Positions 7,822-14,941 of a DNA stretch of 27,573 nt are shown here, piece after piece. Location of the stretch: the NCBI GenBank assembly GCA_024641205.1, contig JAHEDM010000001.1, forward strand, positions 1 to 27,573. The letters run 5' to 3'. How positions within the stretch are numbered: the first letter of the stretch is position 1; each line of letters opens with the position of its first letter. A program made the translations under genes and the position numbers. The notes beneath the pieces are model-generated. The model ran no database searches. It saw only the letters and a list, made by a program, of their open reading frames with translations, and was not told the DNA's origin. Source of the DNA: Actinomycetes bacterium (GTDB lineage Bacteria > Actinomycetota > Acidimicrobiia > Spongiisociales > UBA4744).

Positions 7822-9360
7822 CTATTCGACGACCACCGAGATGGTGTGATAGCTGGTGGCACCGTCGGGACGGGGTGCCCGCTGCTCGCTGGTCTGGGTG
7901 TCACCGTTACCGTCCGTGGCCCGGACCTGCAAGCGGTGGGTGCCGGGTTGGGCGTCCCAGCCGATCGACCACTGACGCCAGCTGTCGTTACTGAGCGGCT
8001 CCGAAAGTCCGGCTTCCTGCCACCCGGTGTCGTCAACCTGGACTTCAACCCGGCTGATCCCTCGCCCAGGCGCCCAGGCCACGCCGGCGATGTGGCGGCT
8101 TTCTGCGGCGACGCGGGCGTTGGGTCGGGGCGTGTCGATCCGCGATTGGGTCTTGATGGGTCCTTTTTTGGCCCAGCCCTTCGGAATCCAGTACGCGTCG
8201 AAGGCATCCCAGGTGGTCAGCTCGATCTCGGCGAGCCATTTGGTAGCCGACACATACCCGTACAGGCCTGCAACCACCAGTCGGGCCGGGAACCCGTGAT
8301 CAAGAGGGAGCGGTTCACCGTTCATCCCGACCGCCACCAGTGCCTCGCGCCCATCCCCGGCCACCTCGGTTGGGAATCCAACGGTGAAGCCGTCAACAGA
8401 TCGGCCGACAATCTGGTCTGCGCCCGGTTGAACCTCAGCTCGATCGAGAATGTCTGAAAGTGGGACACCCAGCCATTTCGCGTTTCCGACCAGGCCGCCG
8501 CCCACCTGGTTGGAAACGCACGACAGGGTGACGTATCGCTCAACCATCGGGAGATCCAGGAGATCGGCGTAGGTCAGCTCATAGGGTCGACCGACCATGC
8601 CGGTGATCTTCATGGACCAGGAATCGAGATCAACTCGCGGCACCGATAGTGCCGTGTCGATCTTGTAGAACGAATCATTCGGAGTCACGATCGGAGAAAC
8701 TCCGGCCACATTCAGGGAGGAGCCGGGGGCCGGAGCCGGGAGGGGGGCCTCAGCGCTCGGCAGCACAACGTCGGCCCGATTCGTCACCATCCGCACCCGT
8801 TCGACCAGAAGCCGGCCGGCCACCGCCGCTACGCCTGCCACCAGAGTGAAAGCTCCAACGCCCCGCAGGAACGCCCGACGGGTTACATCGGGCTCAGCTG
8901 CTTCGCCTTCACCGGTGCCTGCGCGGCCAAGCATGAAGAAGAATGCAGCCAATCCGGCGCCGGCCGCGACGGCCGCAACCAGTATCGACGCGCCAACGTT
9001 GGCCTGCGGGTCCCCGCCTGCGGCAAACGCTCCCAGCGCGCCGAAGGCCAGGAATCCAATCGAAGGGACCAACCGAGAGCGGATACCGCCCAGGCCCAGC
9101 AACCCGCCGAAGACAATCGAGAGGACCACGATGCCGATGATCAAAGCGGGCTTGTCATTGGTACCGAAGGTCTCGATTGCGAAGTCCTTCACGGCGGGAG
9201 GCGCTAGATCGATGACTCCCGTACCGATTGAGACGATCAACGACGGAACGGTAGCTATCAATCCGGCCAGCAACTCGGAGACGCCGAGCGCGAAAAGGGC
9301 CGCCACTCCTCCGGCGAGGGCTGCCCTCCAGCGGGGCGTTTGAACGGGCGTTGCTTCCAT
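7822..9360 (-). CDS. Membrane-anchored molybdopterin-dependent oxidoreductase (sulfite oxidase family)
   Basis: N-terminal TM bundle, internal twin-arginine-like TRRAFLRG, TPNDSFYKID, Mo-ligand Cys in TLSCVSN, HGFPARLVVAGLYG..ATKWL, and a C-terminal Ig-like dimerization domain (GVAWA..GISRVEV). ATG 9360 is preferred because of the promoter spacing (track start 9366). Confidence 0.93.
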   Translation of the reverse strand: MEATPVQTPRWRAALAGGVAALFALGVSELLAGLIATVPSLIVSIGTGVIDLAPPAVKDFAIETFGTNDKPALIIGIVVLSIVFGGLLGLGGIRSRLVPSIGFLAFGALGAFAAGGDPQANVGASILVAAVAAGAGLAAFFFMLGRAGTGEGEAAEPDVTRRAFLRGVGAFTLVAGVAAVAGRLLVERVRMVTNRADVVLPSAEAPLPAPAPGSSLNVAGVSPIVTPNDSFYKIDTALSVPRVDLDSWSMKITGMVGRPYELTYADLLDLPMVERYVTLSCVSNQVGGGLVGNAKWLGVPLSDILDRAEVQPGADQIVGRSVDGFTVGFPTEVAGDGREALVAVGMNGEPLPLDHGFPARLVVAGLYGYVSATKWLAEIELTTWDAFDAYWIPKGWAKKGPIKTQSRIDTPRPNARVAAESRHIAGVAWAPGRGISRVEVQVDDTGWQEAGLSEPLSNDSWRQWSIGWDAQPGTHRLQVRATDGNGDTQTSEQRAPRPDGATSYHTISVVVE

Positions 9361-9367
9361 CGACACA

Positions 9368-9424
9368 AGCGTACGAGCTGTCGCTGAAATGTCACGACCC
9401 GGACAAGGTTGTTTCCAGGTTGTT
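9368..9424 (-). promoter_or_regulatory. Leaderless sigma70-type promoter plus an upstream 11-bp-period direct repeat
   Basis: -35 GTGACA (9390-9395), 16-nt spacer, -10 TACGCT (9368-9373), 7 nt to ATG 9360. AACAACCT occurs twice (9417-9424 and 9406-9413). Confidence 0.5.
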
Positions 9425-9429
9425 AAGGA

Positions 9430-10045
9430 TTAGCCGTCGGCTGCCAGCCGGCCCTGGTGAGTGGCCAGGTAGACCTCGGTCTCTTGGCCTCGCGCTGCCT
9501 CAACAAAGAGAAAATAGGTGTCTTCGGCATGGAGAAGGCCCGCGAACCAGAAAGCCGCGGTGTCGATGGTGCCCGGTCTTATTACCTCGCCGAACGATCG
9601 GCGCCATTCCAGGCCGTCGGCGGAGACGGCCAGCCCGTACTTCTGGCTGATCAGCACGGGATCGGTGACCGTGTTTGCTGTGGTGTACAACATCACATAC
9701 CCGTCTTCGGTGAGGACCACCCGCGGCTGCATCACATTGCGCTGGTCCCACACGTTTCCTTCCCGAGGGTCGCCCGGACGCAGGATTGGGTCCGACCGAG
9801 CGAAACGGGCATCGGTGGACACGGGATCGTCGTACTTGGTCCAGGAGATCCCGTCCTGAGAAACCACCCGACCAATCATGGCCGTATCGCGGGTCCGTAT
9901 AGAACATCTCGAAACCGGATTCCGTCTTGATCACAGATGGGGCCAGGACGGCAAAATCGTCCCAGGATCCTTCCGGGCCGGGAAAGAGCACAGGTAGTGG
10001 ATCGGCCGTCCAAGGGCCGATCGGAGAGGCCATCCCTGCAATCAT
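9430..10045 (-). pseudogene. 5'-truncated, frameshifted glycoside-hydrolase-like five-bladed beta-propeller (GH130/GH43/GH32-like)
   Basis: Frame A reads ASPIGPWTADPLPVLFPGPEGSWDDFAVLAPSVIKTESGFEMFYT, then switches at ~9895 to frame B, AMIGRVVSQDGISWTKY...WDQRNVMQPRVV...YVMLYT...GLAVSADGLEW, ending at TAA 9430. These are typical blade motifs (WD, P-x-V, MxYT, SxDGxxW). The joined length is only ~205 codons. Confidence 0.72.
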
Positions 10046-10106
10046 CCCAGCCCGGCACCATGACGCCTCGCCTACTACAGTCGCCACCGGAACGAGGAGT
10101 TGCCAC

Positions 10107-11441
10107 ATGGGTGCAATCAACGAACCGCGGATCCCAGAACAAGGCTTGAGCCCCGAGCAAATCCTCGGACACATGCGGGACTTGCGGACCGGCGACGCCG
10201 ACTGGCGCTCGGGCCAGACCTGGAGCCTCGTCTATCACGCAGGCGACGAACACTCCGCCTTCCTGAAAGAAGCTCACGGAACCTTCTTCTCCGAAAACGC
10301 CCTCAACCCGATCGCCTTCCCCAGTTTGCGCCGCTTCGAGGCGGAGGTAGTGCGCATGACGGCCACCATGCTCCATGGTGACGACAACGCGGTCGGCACC
10401 ATGACCTCCGGTGGGTCGGAAAGCATCCTCATGGCGGTCAAGACCTACCGCGACCGGGCCCGGGACCTTCACCCCGAGATCAAGCGCCCCGAGATGGTGC
10501 TCCCGGTCACGGCCCATGCCGCTTTCCTCAAGGCCGGGCACTATTTCGGAGTCGATCCGGTGCTCGTCCGATTGAGCGACGATCTGCGGGTCGATGTGAG
10601 CGCAGTCCAAACCGCCATCAGTCCCAACACCATCCTGATGGTCGGCTCTGCGCCAAATTATCCGCACGGCATCATTGATCCGATCGAAGAACTCGGCGCT
10701 ATTGCCCTCGACCGCGACCTGGGTTTCCACGTCGATGCCTGCCTGGGCGGTTTCCTGCTCCCCTGGGCCGAGCAACTTGGATATCCGATTCCACCTTTCG
10801 ACTTCCGGGTGCCGGGCGTCACCAGCATGTCGGCCGATGTGCACAAGTATGGCTTCGCCGCCAAGGGCGCCTCCACGATCCTGTACCGCGGCGCCTCGCT
10901 GCGTCGATACCAGTTTCACGTCTCGACCGGCTGGCCGGGCGGGATCTATGCCTCGCCAAGCATGTCCGGCACGCGCCCAGGCGGCCCGATTGCGGCCGCC
11001 TGGGCGGCCCTCAAGCGAATCGGACAGGACGGGTATCTCGAGAAGGCCAAAGGCATCATGGAAACGACCGGCCGGTTGATTGAGGGGATCAACCGCATCC
11101 CCGGCCTTCGCGTTCTGGGAGAGCCTCCGGCCAGCGTGTTTGCCTTCACCGCGGATGAGATCGATATCTACGCCGTGGGCGATGCATTGGACCAACGCGG
11201 GTGGCACATGGACCGCCAGATCAAACCAGCCTCCCTGCACCTGATGATCACCCCGGTGCACGCCGGTCTCGAGGGGCGTTTCCTCGAAGACTTGGCCAAC
11301 GCCGTTGATGAGGTGCGTGCTCATCCTGAAGCATCGCAGGGGGGCCAGGCAGCCCTGTACGGAATGATGACCACCCTCCCCGACCAGGGAATGGTCGACG
11401 AAATAGTCCTACAAATGCTGGACAGCCTGTATCAGATGTGA
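10107..11441 (+). CDS. PLP-dependent group II decarboxylase family enzyme, sphingosine-1-phosphate-lyase-like, 444 aa
   Basis: [38 protein letters not shown] lysine in [23 protein letters not shown] lies 7 nt before ATG 10107. Confidence 0.9.
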   Translation: MGAINEPRIPEQGLSPEQILGHMRDLRTGDADWRSGQTWSLVYHAGDEHSAFLKEAHGTFFSENALNPIAFPSLRRFEAEVVRMTATMLHGDDNAVGTMTSGGSESILMAVKTYRDRARDLHPEIKRPEMVLPVTAHAAFLKAGHYFGVDPVLVRLSDDLRVDVSAVQTAISPNTILMVGSAPNYPHGIIDPIEELGAIALDRDLGFHVDACLGGFLLPWAEQLGYPIPPFDFRVPGVTSMSADVHKYGFAAKGASTILYRGASLRRYQFHVSTGWPGGIYASPSMSGTRPGGPIAAAWAALKRIGQDGYLEKAKGIMETTGRLIEGINRIPGLRVLGEPPASVFAFTADEIDIYAVGDALDQRGWHMDRQIKPASLHLMITPVHAGLEGRFLEDLANAVDEVRAHPEASQGGQAALYGMMTTLPDQGMVDEIVLQMLDSLYQM

Positions 11442-11654
11442 ACCCAGCCCTGACCTAGGCCGAACAGGTCCATACTGCCCCCACCCGTGGCGGAGCGACG
11501 GCGGAGGCATGGCCCCTGTACACCCCACCGTCGTGCGGCCCGCACCCGTCGGGACAAGGAGCGGGCGATCGGCACAGCCAACGAACCGGACAACCCTTAC
11601 AACGGCACAGTCGAATCGCCGCTAACCCAGCGCGCCCCCACACCGACCACAGCA

Positions 11655-12791
11655 TTACGGCTGTAGCAGGTAGGCGATCGCCAATCCCGCGTAATTGCCG
11701 ACCGCGTAACCGACCACACCGGTGGTCAACCCCGAGACAACGATCTCCCGGTTCTTCAAAACGGCCGCGATCGGACCGACGAAGGCGGGCCCGAACACTG
11801 CCGCCGTGGACGTGATCAGCACCGTGTCGGTGTCGATCCGAAAGATCGCTGCGAGCGCGTAGTGCAGCAAGATCGACCCGCCCAGCACGATGGCTACGAA
11901 AACAAATACCGTCGAGAACGCATCGGCCATCTCGCGGATATTGGCCAGAGTCCCGATCGCTACCGCGAAGATCAGCAAGAGGTATTGACCGGTCTCATAG
12001 GTGCCGGCCAAGTTGCGGATCCTGGGAACAAACGACAAGGCAATGCCAAGTGTCGTGACGCTGAGGATCACGGGCGCAATAGGGAGCGAACCATCGAAGA
12101 TCGAGACCACCCCAACGGTCACCCCTGCCATCAGCACGGCAAGCCCGATTGCCCCTGCAACCTCTCGTGGCCTGGTCTTCAGTGCCGGCATCGGGTCCGC
12201 TTCCATTCCCGAGGCGTGAAACTCCCCCTCTGCCATGCCCGTCCTTTGGAAGGCCGGAAGGAACTTGAGCAACACCCGCTGGGCGACGGTCATGAGAAAA
12301 AGCAGGTATACCGCAGACAAGAGGACATCGGCACCGTTGACCAGAATGAACTTCTCGTCGGTGACCTCGAGGGCCAGACCGATAGCGCTCATGTTGGGCG
12401 TCCCACCGGTGTACACCCCGACGGTCATCCCGGCCATCTTCCAGGTCTCAGGGTCCTGACTACTCAAGATCACGGTGGCCGCAGCTGCGACGACCATCAC
12501 GGCCAGGGTCGCCAGACCGAAAGACAGAACCGCCTTGGGAGCCATGCGCAGCCATTTGGGGAAGTCGGTCGAGAACAGCAGCAACGGAATGGCCAGCAAC
12601 ACGGTGACCTCCGTGACGGTGTTGGCGAGCTCAATATCCGGAGTCCATCCGGGAAGGTTGCCGAGAATGATGCCGAGCAGATAGCAGAGCACCACCGGGC
12701 TCATCCATTCCAGGGCCTTGTAGCGGTTGGCGCCGTAGACCGCCAGGGCAGGAAAGCCTACGAACACCACTGCCAGGGCGATTGTCCCCAA
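11655..12791 (-). CDS. DUF819-family polytopic membrane protein, 378 aa
   Basis: About 10 hydrophobic helices; GVYTGGTPNMSAI, ITSTAAVFGP and GVVGYAVGNY motifs. TTG start with SD GGAGGGAG. Confidence 0.85.
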   Translation of the reverse strand: MGTIALAVVFVGFPALAVYGANRYKALEWMSPVVLCYLLGIILGNLPGWTPDIELANTVTEVTVLLAIPLLLFSTDFPKWLRMAPKAVLSFGLATLAVMVVAAAATVILSSQDPETWKMAGMTVGVYTGGTPNMSAIGLALEVTDEKFILVNGADVLLSAVYLLFLMTVAQRVLLKFLPAFQRTGMAEGEFHASGMEADPMPALKTRPREVAGAIGLAVLMAGVTVGVVSIFDGSLPIAPVILSVTTLGIALSFVPRIRNLAGTYETGQYLLLIFAVAIGTLANIREMADAFSTVFVFVAIVLGGSILLHYALAAIFRIDTDTVLITSTAAVFGPAFVGPIAAVLKNREIVVSGLTTGVVGYAVGNYAGLAIAYLLQP

Positions 12792-12925
12792 GCCGCTCCC
12801 TCCGTCGCCACGACGCTAGTAGGTGGAAGCGAAATGTGACGAAGAGACGTGCCCGAGTGCTGCCTAGCCTCATAGACTCCGCTCGCGTAGCCGCGATCCT
12901 CGCGAGCCGCCGGAGAGGAGTTGCC

Positions 12926-13420
12926 TTGGCAACGTCGACAGGTGCATTCGTGGTCGGAAGAGACGGCGGCGAGACGCTCCGAGGCCCGGCGGGAGGTCCG
13001 GCCACCATCAAGGCCAGGACCACAACCACGGGAGGCACCTTTGCCTTCCTGGAGGTAACGGTAGGTCCACAGGACGGACCCCCTCAGCACGTGCACGCTC
13101 GGGAAGACGAGATGTGGTACATCCTCGAAGGGCATTTCCGATTCCTCGCGGACGGGCAATTGTTGGAGGCTCCCCAGGGATCGTTCGTGTTTGTCCCACG
13201 AGGTACCGCCCACTGCTTTCAGAACCTGGGCAGTGAAGATGCAACCATCCTGGTGATGTTCACACCGGCAGGCATGGAGCGCTTCTTCGAGCAACACGCC
13301 CAGCTCCCCGCCGGACCAGTCGATCCAAACCGGTATCGCGAGATCGCGGCGAACAACTGGATGGACGTCGTCGGTCCGCCCCTCGCCCAGTCCCATCCGG
13401 ACGTCGCTCCACGGGGATAA
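12926..13420 (+). CDS. Cupin-domain protein (quercetin-dioxygenase-like), 164 aa
   Basis: GPPQHVHAREDEMWYILEG and VFVPRGTAHCF cupin metal motifs. TTG 12926 behind SD GAGGAG. Confidence 0.88.
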   Translation: MATSTGAFVVGRDGGETLRGPAGGPATIKARTTTTGGTFAFLEVTVGPQDGPPQHVHAREDEMWYILEGHFRFLADGQLLEAPQGSFVFVPRGTAHCFQNLGSEDATILVMFTPAGMERFFEQHAQLPAGPVDPNRYREIAANNWMDVVGPPLAQSHPDVAPRG

Positions 13421-13486
13421 CCGGGGGAAGGCTACCCGACGGTTCGTCGGTTCCAGGGCGGAGCGAACCGCCGTAGCATCCGGGCC

Positions 13487-14095
13487 ATGGCCGACCAGTT
13501 GGCGCTCACCAGTGGCGATGGAATCGCCAGATGCTGGTGGGCAGGAACCGATCCCCTCTATGTCGATTATCACGACACGGAATGGGGATTTCCCGTCACC
13601 GACGACGTCCGCCTCTTCGAAAAGCTGAGCCTGGAGGGCTTTCAGGCCGGTCTTTCCTGGCTGACCATCCTCCGTAAACGCGATAACTTCCGATCTGCCT
13701 TCGCCGGGTTCGACTTCCGCCGGGTAGCCGGATTCACAGAAACCGACATCGCCAGACTGCTCAACGACGCAGGAATCGTTCGCCACCGGGGCAAGATCGA
13801 GGCGACGATCGACAATGCCGGCCGGGCCCTCGATCTGATCGCAGAGTTCGGATCCGTGTCCGCCTATGTATGGAAATACGCACCCGATCGGCTCGAGCCT
13901 CCAACCCAGCTCCCATCGATCACAGGGGAATCGACGGCCATGAGCAAGGACCTCAAACGGCGTGGCTGGCGATTCGTCGGTCCGACCACGATGTACGCGT
14001 TCATGCAGGCGATGGGTCTCGTCAACGACCACCTGCCGGGATGCGCCATCCGCCTGCGTGCGGAACATGCCCGAGAGAGGATGCACCCGGCATGA
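13487..14095 (+). CDS. tag: DNA-3-methyladenine glycosylase I
   Basis: RCWW, YHDTEWG, LFEKLSLEGFQAGLSWLTILRKR, IVRHRGKI, FVGPTT, MGLVNDHLPGC (Zn ligands). TAGCAT lies 7 nt before the ATG. Confidence 0.96.
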   Translation: MADQLALTSGDGIARCWWAGTDPLYVDYHDTEWGFPVTDDVRLFEKLSLEGFQAGLSWLTILRKRDNFRSAFAGFDFRRVAGFTETDIARLLNDAGIVRHRGKIEATIDNAGRALDLIAEFGSVSAYVWKYAPDRLEPPTQLPSITGESTAMSKDLKRRGWRFVGPTTMYAFMQAMGLVNDHLPGCAIRLRAEHARERMHPA

Positions 14096-14883
14096 CCGAG
14101 ACCGCCGGCGTGCGCGTCAGGTCGATAGCGTTCCCCACCGAACACGGCGGCTGGGGTTTCACGCTGGAACCCATACTGTTGGGGCTCCTAGTTGCCCCAA
14201 CGTGGGCAGGGTTGGGATTGGCTGTTGCCACAACGGCGGTCTTCCTGGCGCGGCGACCGGTCAAATTGGTTTTGACAGACCTGGTTCGTAGGCGGCGCCT
14301 CCCCCGCACCCGCATCGCGGTGTGGTTCGCGCTTGGTTATGGGACGTTGGCGCTGGCCGGCGTAGCCGTGGCGGTTGTCACTGCGGCCGGACCATTCTGG
14401 TGGCCGCTCGTGGTTGCGATCCCGTTTGCAGCGGTATCGCTGCATGCCGATGCCAAAAGCCGCAACCGCGGACTGCTCCCCGAACTGACCGGAGGGATCG
14501 CCATGGGTTCGGCGGCGGCAGCGATAGCCCTGGCGGCTGATTGGGATTGGGCGGCAGCCTTTGGCCTTTGGTTGGTCCTGGCCGCCCGCTCGTTCGCCGC
14601 CATTATCTTCGCTCGAGCCCAGGTGCGAAGAGCCAAAGACCAGCCATACGATCGGTCGGGGGCCTATGCGGCTCAAGTGGCTGCGATGCTGGTGGTTGGC
14701 CTGGCGGCAGCACTTGCCATCGTGCCGCTGCTATCCGCCTTGGCAATCTTCCTGCTCGGCCTCGGTGCTTTCTACAGCCTGGCCAGACCCCCGGTGCCTG
14801 CCAAGACCGTCGGCTGGACGCAGATGTTATTCGGTTTGATGGTGGTGGCGCTCACGGCGATCGGCGTGTCCACCGGGTGGTAA
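14092..14883 (+). CDS. YwiC-like family membrane protein, 263 aa
   Basis: N-terminal PTEHGGW motif and about 8 TM helices ending in IGW-like VGWTQ. ATGA overlap with the tag stop. Confidence 0.82.
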   Translation: MTETAGVRVRSIAFPTEHGGWGFTLEPILLGLLVAPTWAGLGLAVATTAVFLARRPVKLVLTDLVRRRRLPRTRIAVWFALGYGTLALAGVAVAVVTAAGPFWWPLVVAIPFAAVSLHADAKSRNRGLLPELTGGIAMGSAAAAIALAADWDWAAAFGLWLVLAARSFAAIIFARAQVRRAKDQPYDRSGAYAAQVAAMLVVGLAAALAIVPLLSALAIFLLGLGAFYSLARPPVPAKTVGWTQMLFGLMVVALTAIGVSTGW

Positions 14884-14891
14884 ATCCCGAA

Positions 14892-14934
14892 CTGGCGTGA
14901 GAACCCTGCACATCGCGCAGGTTTCTCACGCCAG
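14892..14934. terminator. Long inverted repeat between convergent genes (bidirectional terminator or REP-like element)
   Basis: CTGGCGTGAGAA-C-CCTGC / GCAGG-T-TTCTCACGCCAG: an 18-bp stem with one mismatch and a 7-nt loop. Confidence 0.75.
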
Positions 14935-14941
14935 AACGGAG

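Noticed and set aside
8860-8885. Internal twin-arginine motif TRRAFLRG as a novelty
   Set aside because: An internal RR motif after N-terminal TM helices is a usual trait of this actinobacterial sulfite-oxidase-like family.
9876-11324. 482-aa minus-strand ORF
   Set aside because: Antisense shadow of the PLP lyase gene.
11455-11655. 66-aa ORF with 7 Cys and a TAATG overlap with DUF819
   Set aside because: Many T-ending codons unlike the real genes here, and irregular Cys spacing. Not called as a CDS; the region is kept as a low-interest finding.
12758-14086. 442-aa minus-strand ORF
   Set aside because: Antisense to the well-supported cupin and tag genes.
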